64,000 nucleotides of DNA from a virus. This document shows, one piece after another, positions 46,903 through 56,741 of this stretch (positions within the stretch are counted from its first letter, which is position 1; the number at the start of each line of letters is the position of its first letter). The notes under the pieces are model-generated. The model had not been told where the DNA came from. It saw only the letters and a list, made by a program, of their open reading frames with translations, and did no database searches. Where the stretch lies: the IMG/VR virus record IMGVR_UViG_3300029362_000615, one strand, 5' to 3'. The translations under genes were made by a program, and so were the position numbers.

Positions 46903-47419
46903 CGAAATTAAGAAGAATGTCGAGCACCCGGCTCATTACGGCGGTGCAGACAATCCCTATGAAGCAATTAAAGTGCTGCGAGAGTGGCAATTAGAAGAGG
47001 ATGCTTATCTCTGGAATGTTGGTAAGTATCTGAGCCGGGCAGGACACAAAGATGGTAATTCCCCGCTTCAAGATTTAATGAAGGCACGTTATTATTTGGA
47101 CTATAAAATCCGGCTTTTAGAGGAACAGCAGAAGATTGCCGAAAGTGTCGTAGATACGCTCAAGAAGATTCCTGATGAGGCTAATGATAAGCTGGCTACG
47201 ATGCCGAAAAAAGACAGCCAAGGAAATTTTTACGATCCTAGACTTAATTGTTGGGTAAACGATTGTGTTTATCGTCCAAACGCATACGAGCAGAACATCG
47301 AAACTGCCGTGGTTCCGAGTGTTCATAATGATGCTATGTCTCCGAATAACAAAGGAGTTAATAAGGTTGACCATTCGATGCTGAACTCTAAAGTCCATGT
47401 CGATGAAGTCAAGTTTTAA
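46889..47419 (+). CDS. DUF3310-family phage protein
   Basis: PAHYGGADNPYEAIKV...NVGKYLSRAGHKDG...DLMKARYYLDY matches the DUF3310 pattern. Confidence 0.55.
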   Translation: METLDEIKKNVEHPAHYGGADNPYEAIKVLREWQLEEDAYLWNVGKYLSRAGHKDGNSPLQDLMKARYYLDYKIRLLEEQQKIAESVVDTLKKIPDEANDKLATMPKKDSQGNFYDPRLNCWVNDCVYRPNAYEQNIETAVVPSVHNDAMSPNNKGVNKVDHSMLNSKVHVDEVKF

Positions 47420-47432
47420 GAGGTTTACATAA

Positions 47433-47990
47433 ATGAGATACAACTGGAAGTTACCTATTATCGTTATTTGTGTCGTGTTAATTTCCATTCTTGGCATGAC
47501 CTTTATTGTGCAGGTACCTAAGAACACGGCCATCTCTTATGAAGAGCAGATTCAGGAAGCTAAGTCTGGCATTGGGAATCAGGAGAAGCGCAGAGCTGAT
47601 CTGATTCCAAATCTGGTTGAAACCGTCAAGGCTTATGACCAACATGAGTATCAGACTTTGATGGATGTTGTGAATGCTCGTGGCACTTCCGGCCAGACCG
47701 CTCAAGAGATTACGACTCAGATTGCAGCTATTGCGGAAGCATATCCTGAACTGAAGTCTAGCGACAACTACAAGGAGCTTATGAATGAGCTATCCGTCAC
47801 TGAAAATTTGATTGCAAACTATCGTGGCGATTACAATCGTGTCGTGAAGGAATATAAGCAGAGCGTTCGTAAGTTTCCGAACTCCTTTCTGCTTGGTCTG
47901 ACTGGATATGAGGTTCAGAATTATGAGTATCTGTCCTATGAGGGGAATGAGGCGGCACCGGCAGTCGGTAACCTTTTTGGAAATCGGTAA
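47433..47990 (+). CDS. lemA: LemA-family membrane protein
   Basis: RRADLIPNLVETVKAYDQHE...AEAYPELKSSDNYKELMNEL is LemA-like. Confidence 0.75.
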   Translation: MRYNWKLPIIVICVVLISILGMTFIVQVPKNTAISYEEQIQEAKSGIGNQEKRRADLIPNLVETVKAYDQHEYQTLMDVVNARGTSGQTAQEITTQIAAIAEAYPELKSSDNYKELMNELSVTENLIANYRGDYNRVVKEYKQSVRKFPNSFLLGLTGYEVQNYEYLSYEGNEAAPAVGNLFGNR

Positions 47991-48714
47991 TGCCGAAATT
48001 ACTTATCGTGAATTGATCGTCAGTGTTGGTATTGTGTTCATTATGCTGATACTTGGTAGCGTTATCGCTGGAAATATCACCAGAGATTCACTTGAGCAGA
48101 AAAAAGAATATAATACAGCAATTTCGATTGAGTCCGAAAATATGTTCGATTATGGAATGAGAACCAACGTAGGTAATGCGTTTTGCCAAGGCGCACTAGA
48201 AGCAGTAGATACCGTAAGCGATCCACGTATCGACGGCCAGTGGATGTACATCTATTGCGAAGAAAAGCACTATACGATGCATACACGAACTGTCACTACT
48301 ACGGATGGTAAAGGCCATACAAGAACAAGAGTCGAAACGTACTGGACTTGGGACTATTACAGCTCAGAAGAGCACAGTTCCAAAAATGTAACGTTTCTGG
48401 GAAAAGAATTTAAGTATGGTGACATCAAAATGCCATCCAGCAAGTACCTGACCACTGTACAAGTCAGTTCTCATGTAAAGTTCGAGTTTTATGTCAAAGA
48501 TGTTCGTTATGGTGGTACATTATACGCGAATTTGAGCGATAAAAGTATACATAATGCACAATTCATTAAGGATAAAAACATCGAAGAAGCACGAGATTAT
48601 ATGATTTCTGCAGCTGGTACACGAGTGATTTGGTTTTGGGTATTCTGGGTCGTATTGATGGTAGTTGCGGTTGGAGCTTTCTATGTGGCAGAAAATCGTT
48701 GGTTGGAAGATTAA
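47947..48714 (+). CDS. membrane protein with N- and C-terminal TM helices (LemA-associated); start uncertain
   Basis: Track ORF 47908..48714 overlaps lemA. Possible starts are ATG 47947 or TTG 48013. Confidence 0.4.
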   Translation: MRRHRQSVTFLEIGNAEITYRELIVSVGIVFIMLILGSVIAGNITRDSLEQKKEYNTAISIESENMFDYGMRTNVGNAFCQGALEAVDTVSDPRIDGQWMYIYCEEKHYTMHTRTVTTTDGKGHTRTRVETYWTWDYYSSEEHSSKNVTFLGKEFKYGDIKMPSSKYLTTVQVSSHVKFEFYVKDVRYGGTLYANLSDKSIHNAQFIKDKNIEEARDYMISAAGTRVIWFWVFWVVLMVVAVGAFYVAENRWLED

Positions 48715-48725
48715 GGAGTGATTGC

Positions 48726-50921
48726 ATGGAATATGTGATTAAACGCGATGGAACGAAAGTTCCTTTTGATAAAAGTAAGATTGTAAATGCGATTGAGAAG
48801 GCAATGACGAATACGACTGGTGGAGTTGATTCTCGCGTGTCTAACGCTATTGCAGACTACATCGCAGACATCCCTGATACGATGTCTGTAGAGCAGATTC
48901 AGGACGTGGTTATTGACCAGCTGAAGAACAGTCCTCTTTCGGATGTGGCTGACGCTTATAGTCACTGGCGTATTCTTCGGCAGGAGATTCGTGAGAAACA
49001 GCGAGCATATGGCGAAATTCTTTCCATCTGTGATGTAGATAATGAGAAGGTCAAGCAGGAGAACAGCAACAAAAATCCTGTTGTGAATAGCGTACAGCGT
49101 GACTATATGGCTGGCGAGGTCTCCAAAGATCTGAGCTTCAATCTGCTTCTCCCGAAAGATATTGTGGACGCTCACTATGATGGCCGAATTCATTTTCACG
49201 ATTCCGACTATTTTGCCCAGCACATGTTTAACTGCTCGCTAGTCAATCTGGAAGACATGCTTCAAAACGGCACTGTGATTTCTGGCACTGGAATCGACAA
49301 ACCACATAGTTTCTCTACAGCGTGCAATATTGCAACCCAGATTATTGCACAGGTTGCTTCCAACCAATATGGTGGTCAGAGTATTACTCTGTCTCATTTG
49401 GCTCCCTTCGTGGACGTCTCTCGAAAGAAGATTACGGGTGAAGTCCATGAGGAGTTTTACGACATGATTCAAAACAATGAGATTGACAAGATGCCAAATC
49501 AGGAGACTATCAATCGAATTGTAGAGAAGCGTTTACATAAAGAAATCGTTGCAGGCGTTCAGACTATTCAGTATCAGGTTATTACTTTGATGACCACTAA
49601 CGGGCAAGCTCCTTTTATTACTGTTTTTATGTATCTGGATGAAGTTCCTGAAGGCCAGACCCGTGATGACCTTGCAATTATCATTGAAGAAGTCCTTCGT
49701 CAGCGTATTAAAGGCGTGAAGAATGAGACTGGTGCATGGATTACTCCGGCTTTCCCAAAGCTGATTTATGTGCTGGAAGAAGATAACATTCGAGATAATT
49801 CTAAGTATTACTATCTGACTGAACTGGCAGCTAAATGTACTGCCAAGAGGTTTGTGCCCGACTACATTTCTGAGAAGAAGATGTTGGAATACAAGGGTGC
49901 TTGCTACCCCTGTATGGGATGTCGCAGCTTCCTGACTCCTGATCGAACCACCGAGAATATTTCTGGTGCCATGAATTGGGAGAAGGGCCACAAGTATTAT
50001 GGCCGCTTTAATGCTGGTGTTGTCACCATCAATCTGGTGGACGTTGCTTGTAGCTCTAAGAAGGATGTTTCTGAGTTTTGGAGAATTTTTGATGAGCGTC
50101 TTGAGCTGTGCCATCGAGCACTTCAGATTCGGTATAAGCGATTGATGGGTACGCCTTCTGATGTGAGTCCAATTCATTTTCAGCATGGTGCAATCGCACG
50201 TTTGAAGAAGGGCGAGAAGATTGATAAATTGCTGTTTGACGGATATGCAACCATCAGTTTAGGTTACGCAGGTCTGTATGAATGTGTAAAGTATATGACC
50301 GGTAAGAGCCATACTGATGATAAGGCAAAACCTTTTGCTCTTGAGATTATGCAACACATGAACGACAAGTGCAGTGAGTGGAAGGCAGCAGAAAATATTG
50401 ATTACAGTCTCTACGGCACCCCGCTGGAATCCACCACCTACAAGTTTGCCAAGTGCCTGCAAAAGCGCTTTGGCATTATTCCAGATGTAACCGACCATGA
50501 TTACATCACCAATAGCTATCATGTCGTGGTTCGTGAGCATATTGATGCATTCAAGAAGCTGAAGTTTGAGTCTGAGTTTCAGCAGCTGTCTCCCGGCGGA
50601 GCCATCTCGTATATCGAGTGCCCTAATATGACCAACAACATTCCTGCTGTGATGAGTGTCATCAAATACATCTACGACACTATTATCTACGCAGAGCTGA
50701 ACATCAAGTCTGATTATTGTCAGGTTTGTGGTTATGACGGCGAGATTAAGATTGTCGAGGACAATGGTAAGCTTGTTTGGGAATGCCCAAATTGTGGTAA
50801 TCGAGACCAGAATAAACTGAATGTTGCACGACGTACCTGCGGATTTATTGGGACTCAGTTTTGGAATCAGGGGCGGACGCAAGAGATTCGAGATCGAGTA
50901 GTTCATCTGAGCGATAACTAA
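48726..50921 (+). CDS. nrdD: anaerobic ribonucleoside-triphosphate reductase NrdD (class III)
   Basis: N-terminal ATP-cone, C-terminal zinc ribbon CQVCGY...CPNCGN, and glycyl-radical motif RRTCGFIG. Confidence 0.9.
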   Translation: MEYVIKRDGTKVPFDKSKIVNAIEKAMTNTTGGVDSRVSNAIADYIADIPDTMSVEQIQDVVIDQLKNSPLSDVADAYSHWRILRQEIREKQRAYGEILSICDVDNEKVKQENSNKNPVVNSVQRDYMAGEVSKDLSFNLLLPKDIVDAHYDGRIHFHDSDYFAQHMFNCSLVNLEDMLQNGTVISGTGIDKPHSFSTACNIATQIIAQVASNQYGGQSITLSHLAPFVDVSRKKITGEVHEEFYDMIQNNEIDKMPNQETINRIVEKRLHKEIVAGVQTIQYQVITLMTTNGQAPFITVFMYLDEVPEGQTRDDLAIIIEEVLRQRIKGVKNETGAWITPAFPKLIYVLEEDNIRDNSKYYYLTELAAKCTAKRFVPDYISEKKMLEYKGACYPCMGCRSFLTPDRTTENISGAMNWEKGHKYYGRFNAGVVTINLVDVACSSKKDVSEFWRIFDERLELCHRALQIRYKRLMGTPSDVSPIHFQHGAIARLKKGEKIDKLLFDGYATISLGYAGLYECVKYMTGKSHTDDKAKPFALEIMQHMNDKCSEWKAAENIDYSLYGTPLESTTYKFAKCLQKRFGIIPDVTDHDYITNSYHVVVREHIDAFKKLKFESEFQQLSPGGAISYIECPNMTNNIPAVMSVIKYIYDTIIYAELNIKSDYCQVCGYDGEIKIVEDNGKLVWECPNCGNRDQNKLNVARRTCGFIGTQFWNQGRTQEIRDRVVHLSDN

Positions 50922-50935
50922 ACAAAGGATGAAAT

Positions 50936-51268
50936 ATGGATACTACACAACAGATTTTAGAGCGAGATTGGGATAATGATTTTGTTAAAAAGATGCAGAA
51001 TCGTATTTTGGTATCTCATTATAAATATGGTTGGATGAATCAGACATATCCAGATTTGGCTCAAGCTGTAAAGGAAATTTATCCAAGAGTCAAAAAGTAT
51101 TTAGAGACAGGAAATACAGAATGGCTCATTGATGTTGCTAATTTTGCAATGATTGAATATTTGCATCCTAGCGTTGTTGGAGCGCATTTCAAAGGAACAG
51201 ATAGTGAAGAGTCTCCGGGACTGACAAGTGGAATCAGCTACAAAGAACTCGAAGAGAGTATGAAGTAA
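50936..51268 (+). CDS. hypothetical protein
   Basis: ORF track. Confidence 0.45.
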   Translation: MDTTQQILERDWDNDFVKKMQNRILVSHYKYGWMNQTYPDLAQAVKEIYPRVKKYLETGNTEWLIDVANFAMIEYLHPSVVGAHFKGTDSEESPGLTSGISYKELEESMK

Positions 51269-51304
51269 AATTTGAATATAAGTGGTGGGTTGGTGGGATT
51301 ACTT

Positions 51305-51382
51305 ATGAAAGAAATTATTGTTTTCTTTGTGATTGTGTGGGTTATCGCCTATTACATTCTAAAAGATGACTACAAAGACTAA
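51305..51382 (+). CDS. putative 25-aa membrane peptide
   Basis: MKEIIVFFVIVWVIAYYILKDDYKD. Confidence 0.25.
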   Translation: MKEIIVFFVIVWVIAYYILKDDYKD

Positions 51383-51392
51383 GGAGATACTT

Positions 51393-52244
51393 ATGAAGAA
51401 ATTTATGGCAATTTTTGTTGCATTCCTCGTTGCAGTTGGCGCAGTGCTTTGTACCGAGCGGGTACATACTGGTTATGTTGGTGTTGTTTATTCCGCGAAG
51501 GGGGTCGAGCAGCAGACTATTTCTCAGGGCTGGCACTTTATGAGTCCTCTGAAGCATGTATCTGAGTTCCCGATTACTCAGCAGCGAGTGGTATTTTCTA
51601 ACGCTCCGTCTGATTATGGCGCAAAGGAACACGCAGATTGGCACATTGATGCTCCTGCTAATGGTGGTACGATTGCAATCAACTTGACTGTCAATTATAA
51701 CTTCCTGCCGGAGCATGTTGTTGAACTGTATACCAAGTTTGGCGGAATGGACGGAGAGAGCCTGATGGAGAGTAAGATCCAGAATGATATTATCGCTTAC
51801 GTCAAGGAAGTTACTCCTCAGTTCAGTGTCATGCAGATCTATTCTGATGACCGTGCAGGTGTTAATACTGCAATCACCAACTATCTGAATGAGAAGCTGA
51901 CCGCAGAATATGGTATCAATGTTTCTTCCGCACTGATTGTTGACGCACAGCCTGACGATACTCTGATGCAGAAGATTCGCGCAAAGGAGCAGGCAAAGCA
52001 GGACGCAGAGATTGCAGAGCTGAATAAGCAGACCGCTCTGGCTCAGGCAGAGACTGATAAGGTTAAGGCACAGACGGAAGCTGATGTTAAGATGATTGAA
52101 GCACAGGCTGAGGCTGATGCGAATAAGGTGCTTTCCGAGTCTATCACTCCTGAGTTGATTCAGATGAAGGAAGCAGAAGCTCGTCTGAAGCATGGTTGGA
52201 TCACCGTTCAGGGCGCAGATACAGTCGTTACCAAGGGTGAGTAA
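51393..52244 (+). CDS. SPFH/band-7 (stomatin/prohibitin-like) membrane protein
   Basis: N-terminal TM MKKFMAIFVAFLVAVGAV, an SPFH core, and a C-terminal AQAE coiled coil. Confidence 0.65.
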   Translation: MKKFMAIFVAFLVAVGAVLCTERVHTGYVGVVYSAKGVEQQTISQGWHFMSPLKHVSEFPITQQRVVFSNAPSDYGAKEHADWHIDAPANGGTIAINLTVNYNFLPEHVVELYTKFGGMDGESLMESKIQNDIIAYVKEVTPQFSVMQIYSDDRAGVNTAITNYLNEKLTAEYGINVSSALIVDAQPDDTLMQKIRAKEQAKQDAEIAELNKQTALAQAETDKVKAQTEADVKMIEAQAEADANKVLSESITPELIQMKEAEARLKHGWITVQGADTVVTKGE

Positions 52245-52290
52245 ATAACATCTATTGGATTACATTCGTGTTCAAAAAGGAGGCTTAATT

Positions 52291-52560
52291 ATGATTATTA
52301 CAGGTATGGTACATTACGAGAGCGTTTGTAAGAACGCACTGGTTAAGTGGTATAACGATCATATGTCCAATAAAATTACGCTGGAGAACGTCTTTGTGGT
52401 TTGGAGTTGCAAGACGCTCCAGAACTACAAGGCGCTGCTTTCTACCACCGTCAGCGGTGACGGTATCTATGCTGAGTACACCTACAACGGTGATAAACAG
52501 GAACTGTATGAGGATGTGTACAAGAAACTGACCAACCAGTGCATTAAAAAGGAACTATAA
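52291..52560 (+). CDS. hypothetical protein
   Basis: ATG in track ORF 52255..52560. Confidence 0.4.
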   Translation: MIITGMVHYESVCKNALVKWYNDHMSNKITLENVFVVWSCKTLQNYKALLSTTVSGDGIYAEYTYNGDKQELYEDVYKKLTNQCIKKEL

Positions 52561-52581
52561 AATGAAAATTTTTGAAAGAAG

Positions 52582-52809
52582 GTGATTAACATAAACGCAT
52601 GGAAGAAATTCTTTAAGGCACTTGGTTCTTTTCTTGGAATCATTCTGATTTTTGTGGCTACATATTTTATCTCGTGGATTACCACGATCGGTATTATCTG
52701 GCTGATTTTTAAGCTGCTGAATATTATGTTTACCATCAAAGTAGCAACCGGTATCTGGCTGATACTGATTTTGCTTGAATGTTTTATCAAAGGTAGCCGA
52801 GGTAAATAA
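52582..52809 (+). CDS. small polytopic membrane protein
   Basis: GTG start; two or three TM segments. Confidence 0.4.
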   Translation: MININAWKKFFKALGSFLGIILIFVATYFISWITTIGIIWLIFKLLNIMFTIKVATGIWLILILLECFIKGSRGK

Positions 52810-52850
52810 ATAAACTAGTAGGGTGGGTGTGGTGGCATGAAAGGAGCTAT

Positions 52851-53027
52851 ATGGATTATTGGTCTGTTGAAGTAATGTATTACGATGATGGGAATCAGGC
52901 ATTCAATACATATATGGTAAAGGCGCAGGATCAGAATGACGCTATGAATAAGGCACATCATCGCTTTGAGAAGGCGCATCCTAACATGAACTGCATGATT
53001 CACAACGCAGAAAAGGCAGGTGGCTGA
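52851..53027 (+). CDS. hypothetical protein
   Basis: ATG in track ORF 52827..53027. Confidence 0.4.
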   Translation: MDYWSVEVMYYDDGNQAFNTYMVKAQDQNDAMNKAHHRFEKAHPNMNCMIHNAEKAGG

Positions 53028-53241
53028 GGTGGAAGACGATAGCGTTATCTATGAAAACATCAATTCCAAAGACGATGATGAAAAATTTGTTCTAGCGCCT
53101 TGGGGTTGCCTTAATTGTGCATTCAAGGATTTCGGTTTAAAACTTCCTAAAATCTCCAGAAAGATGGCAGAAGCTTTAATGGATGATTTCTTTGAAATTA
53201 TGGAAATGTCCGGCATTATAGAGAGGGAAAATGAACCTTGA
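53020..53241 (+). CDS. hypothetical protein
   Basis: GTG start overlapping upstream stop. Confidence 0.35.
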   Translation: MAEVEDDSVIYENINSKDDDEKFVLAPWGCLNCAFKDFGLKLPKISRKMAEALMDDFFEIMEMSGIIERENEP

Positions 53242-53279
53242 TAAAAGTGCCGTTTTATCGTAAAATTTCATCAAATTTA

Positions 53280-53295
53280 TAACGTAGATACGTTA
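53280..53295 (+). promoter_or_regulatory. palindromic operator TAACGTAGATACGTTA (second copy) downstream of an AAATTTATAAC -10-like box
   Basis: About 17 nt upstream of gene 53312. Confidence 0.5.
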
Positions 53296-53311
53296 AATAA
53301 CAGGAGACAAA

Positions 53312-53746
53312 ATGAAGAAGTGGACAGAAAAGCTGCTTGAAGCCGAAGGATACGAAATCCGAAATGCGCAAATCAAGAATGTTAGCCTTGGTATGGCCGA
53401 TCATGGAGTTTTGACCTCTGATTTGACGTTAGATGGTCATGGATGGGGCGTTTGCTATGGAGGATATGTTCTTGGTAAAGGATATGTAGGAGCAAAAACT
53501 TTCAAAGGATATGCTTCTGGTATGGAAGCCATCATGCGAATCATGGACACTGTTGGCTGCGATAAGTACGAGAACATGAAAGACAAGTATATCCGTGTGG
53601 CAACTAAAGGCTGGGGTAGTACAGTAAAAATTATCGGCAATATTCTTGAGGATAAGTGGTTTGATTATGAATCTTTCTTTGATGATATGAAAAACGACAC
53701 TGCCGATGATAAGGGTACTGAGGTAATATGGAGAAGAAATACGTAA
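53312..53746 (+). CDS. hypothetical protein under the palindromic operator
   Basis: ORF track. Confidence 0.45.
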   Translation: MKKWTEKLLEAEGYEIRNAQIKNVSLGMADHGVLTSDLTLDGHGWGVCYGGYVLGKGYVGAKTFKGYASGMEAIMRIMDTVGCDKYENMKDKYIRVATKGWGSTVKIIGNILEDKWFDYESFFDDMKNDTADDKGTEVIWRRNT

Positions 53747-53982
53747 AAATCTTTAAATGCCGTGGATGCAATCGCGATATCATTAAAAATGATGTTGATT
53801 TATCTATTGCTGAGAAATGGACTCTTTCAGGAATGTTTCAAGATGGGTGTAAACCCGTTGAAGTGTCTGGCGGGTCTAGGCTTTCTGGACAGAACAAATT
53901 CCTGCTTCATCGGTGTGATCCAGAGAAGCTTTGTATTTGTGATTTCATTGGATGGAAAGAAATCGAGGCTAAAAATGATTAA
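53728..53982 (+). CDS. hypothetical Cys-rich protein
   Basis: ORF track. Confidence 0.4.
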   Translation: MEKKYVKIFKCRGCNRDIIKNDVDLSIAEKWTLSGMFQDGCKPVEVSGGSRLSGQNKFLLHRCDPEKLCICDFIGWKEIEAKND

Positions 53983-54313
53983 CAATCCTTTTGCAGAAAA
54001 AGGTATTATTGCCTGCCAGTGCTGTGGCAGCGGTGAATATCTCTTTAATGAAGATGGTAACCGTAATGGTTACTGTGGTAACTGCGGAGCTAGAATCGAC
54101 TGGCCGGAAGTAGAGTTAGATGACTGGAATATCCCAGCGGTGAATCTCCCAAAACTTTGTAGCACCGTTATGGCAAAATACGGCGAGAGAGAAGTTAAAG
54201 TGTGGTACTCAAAATATGGCAATTGGATGCCTGACGGCGTGATGACGTACTTGAAGTCACCTGATTATTGGCGTTATTTAACGGAGAACGAGCATGAAGA
54301 AAGTAACACTTGA
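53975..54313 (+). CDS. zinc-ribbon protein
   Basis: CQCCGSG...CGNCGA. Confidence 0.45.
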   Translation: MINNPFAEKGIIACQCCGSGEYLFNEDGNRNGYCGNCGARIDWPEVELDDWNIPAVNLPKLCSTVMAKYGEREVKVWYSKYGNWMPDGVMTYLKSPDYWRYLTENEHEESNT

Positions 54314-54671
54314 ACTTCTGGTTGATGAAAACGGAGACGAGGACATCAACCCCATTAAAGGCGACATCTGCGATAGACTCGAGCGTTGTTATCATAATAT
54401 AAAGTTGGTTTCATACGAAGAAGAAAGCATCGATGCACGATGGTTTTGCGCGAAAGACGTAACTCCTCCAGTCCCAGAGCACGGAATGTGTTCAGAGGAT
54501 GTCATCATAAAATACAAGGACGGAACAGAAAGCGTTGCGTGCATCACATTTAATGGTGAGTGGTATGATACTGATTATTATGAGGTTGCTGATACGGTAG
54601 TATATTGGCGCTACATGACGGAGAGAGAAACAAAGCTTGACAAAAAGCTAAGAAATTCCAAATTTCAGTAA
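54294..54671 (+). CDS. hypothetical protein
   Basis: ORF track. Confidence 0.45.
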   Translation: MKKVTLELLVDENGDEDINPIKGDICDRLERCYHNIKLVSYEEESIDARWFCAKDVTPPVPEHGMCSEDVIIKYKDGTESVACITFNGEWYDTDYYEVADTVVYWRYMTERETKLDKKLRNSKFQ

Positions 54672-54677
54672 AATTAT

Positions 54678-54706
54678 TTGACGCATTATCGCAATAAATT
54701 TATAAC
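54678..54706 (+). promoter_or_regulatory. promoter TTGACG-17-TATAAC
   Basis: Upstream of the lipoprotein gene. Shares AAATTTATAAC with the operator-linked promoters. Confidence 0.5.
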
Positions 54707-54746
54707 AAATTTTGATAGAATTCCGCTTTTATTAGAAAGGAAAAGT

Positions 54747-55040
54747 ATGTTTAAGATTTTCAAAAATACTGCCGTATGCGTACTTCTAGTAGCAATTATA
54801 CTGATTGGATGCAGCACAAGTGTGAAAGACTCAGTAGGGGATGTAACTATAGAGGATGGCTGGTTCTATCGTATCGGTGGCACTCCTATGGTGTACGACA
54901 AGGATACACACATTATGTATTATTTGTTTAGAAAAGGTGCAGGCTATATGTCTCCTTATTATAATAAGTACGGTCAGATGTGCTACTACGTTGATGGTCA
55001 GATTATTCCTGTTGAGGAGGTGTTAATCGATGTTAACTGA
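54747..55040 (+). CDS. lipoprotein (signal peptide with lipobox LIGC)
   Basis: MFKIFKNTAVCVLLVAIILIGCSTS. Confidence 0.55.
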   Translation: MFKIFKNTAVCVLLVAIILIGCSTSVKDSVGDVTIEDGWFYRIGGTPMVYDKDTHIMYYLFRKGAGYMSPYYNKYGQMCYYVDGQIIPVEEVLIDVN

Positions 55041-55230
55041 GATTGCTTGGCTCATGACCAAAGCTTATATTATTTTGATTTTCGTCGCAGCGGTGATTCG
55101 CTCTGAACAGATTTTGTATGATACCTCTACATACATTTTTCGAGGCGACAAGAAGAACGGAATGTATGGCTGCATTGCTTTGAATATTTTTATTATCATA
55201 TGTGCAAGCCTATGGATGAAGGTGATTTGA
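55030..55230 (+). CDS. small membrane protein
   Basis: Two TM segments. Confidence 0.4.
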   Translation: MLTEIAWLMTKAYIILIFVAAVIRSEQILYDTSTYIFRGDKKNGMYGCIALNIFIIICASLWMKVI

Positions 55231-55231
55231 G

Positions 55232-55669
55232 ATGGATACCAGCTTTAATTTAAAACACGTTCCCGGAAGCTTTGCATGGGTTATTGAGCGAGAGAATGCT
55301 GACAAAAACTGTAATAAATGTGATACCGACGGGAATGTGAATGTAACATTCTTTGACGGTACTCAGAAAAAGTGGCGTTGCCCAATTTGTCTTGGATACA
55401 AAAAGGTCGTGAAAGACGTATATCGAATCAAAAAATGTAAAATCAAGAGAGTAAACATCGGAGCAATGATTAACGAAGATGGCAATTTAACGGTAGAAGA
55501 AGAATCTATTCAACTAGAAGGAATTAACGTAAGGGACAATATCGATCCTGATTTTGAGTATTACATTCGTAATATTTATGACACAGAAAGTGATGCGAAA
55601 ATTGCGGCAAACGAAATCAATAAAGCACGAGGGAACACTGATGAATTATATGAAGATTGTCCCATGTGA
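55232..55669 (+). CDS. hypothetical protein
   Basis: ORF track. Confidence 0.45.
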   Translation: MDTSFNLKHVPGSFAWVIERENADKNCNKCDTDGNVNVTFFDGTQKKWRCPICLGYKKVVKDVYRIKKCKIKRVNIGAMINEDGNLTVEEESIQLEGINVRDNIDPDFEYYIRNIYDTESDAKIAANEINKARGNTDELYEDCPM

Positions 55670-56195
55670 TATAGCGAATGGTCCGGGCGTAAGAGCCACG
55701 TTATTCTGCGCAGGTTGCAATCACCATTGCCCAGGTTGCCAGAATCCTACCACATGGGACCCGAATGGTGGTCAGCCATTCACAGATGAAACGCTTGATA
55801 AAATTGTAGATTTACTTCGACCTGATTATATTCAGGGACTTACGCTTACTGGTGGAGACCCACTGTATCCAGAGAACAGGGAGATGATTTGCAAAATTCT
55901 AATAAGAGTCAGACACGAGTTTAAAGGAAGCAAAGACATTTGGATGTGGACTGGATATACATGGGAAGAATTGATTCAACAGGCGGCAGAAGAATTGAAA
56001 TATCAAACTATTCCGACAACGGTAACAATTATTCGAAACATAAACGTGTTAGTCGATGGCCCATATATCGAATCTAAACGAGATATCTCTTTGCCGTACA
56101 TGGGGAGTTCCAATCAACGTGTAATCGGCTGTAATAAGAGTTTTGCTTTGCGAAGACCAGTCCTTTGGTGGACTCCAGAAGAGAAAGGAAAATAA
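55641..56195 (+). CDS. nrdG: anaerobic ribonucleotide reductase activating protein NrdG (radical SAM)
   Basis: MKIVPCDIANGPGVRATLFCAGCNHHCPGCQNPTTW. Confidence 0.85.
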   Translation: MNYMKIVPCDIANGPGVRATLFCAGCNHHCPGCQNPTTWDPNGGQPFTDETLDKIVDLLRPDYIQGLTLTGGDPLYPENREMICKILIRVRHEFKGSKDIWMWTGYTWEELIQQAAEELKYQTIPTTVTIIRNINVLVDGPYIESKRDISLPYMGSSNQRVIGCNKSFALRRPVLWWTPEEKGK

Positions 56196-56196
56196 C

Positions 56197-56730
56197 ATGG
56201 ATTTAGGAAACACAACTATTAATCTTGGCTATGGCATGAGTCAGATGCTGTATCGCCCCAACATTAAAATCAACAAATTGCACGATGACGCTCATCTGCC
56301 GACTTATGGTTCTGCAAATGCTGCTTGTGCAGACCTGTATGCCTATATCGGTTTTGATGATGCAACGATGGTAAACAAGAATGGTGATCGCTGCATTATG
56401 ATTCAGCCGCATGAGACCGTTAAGGTACATACTGGCTTGCGGATGGCTCCGCCTGAAGGTTGGTATGTCGCCATTTATGCTCGCAGCGGTTTAGCAACCA
56501 AACAGGGTTTGGCTCCTGCGAACAAAACAGGGATTTGTGATCAAGATTATCGTGGAGAATATATTGTGGCACTACATAATCATTCTAACATCCCGCAGAT
56601 GATTACTCATGGTGACCGCATTGCTCAGATGGCAGTTGTTCCGTTCTGGCAGGCTGATTTTGAAGAAGTTTCCGAATTGGACGAAACTGAGCGTGGAGCC
56701 GGTGGGTTTGGATCTACTGGTAAACAGTAA
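56197..56730 (+). CDS. dut: dUTP diphosphatase (trimeric dUTPase)
   Basis: Motifs YARSGLATK, GICDQDYRGE, C-terminal RGAGGFGSTG. Confidence 0.9.
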   Translation: MDLGNTTINLGYGMSQMLYRPNIKINKLHDDAHLPTYGSANAACADLYAYIGFDDATMVNKNGDRCIMIQPHETVKVHTGLRMAPPEGWYVAIYARSGLATKQGLAPANKTGICDQDYRGEYIVALHNHSNIPQMITHGDRIAQMAVVPFWQADFEEVSELDETERGAGGFGSTGKQ

Positions 56731-56741
56731 TCGAGGTGTTT

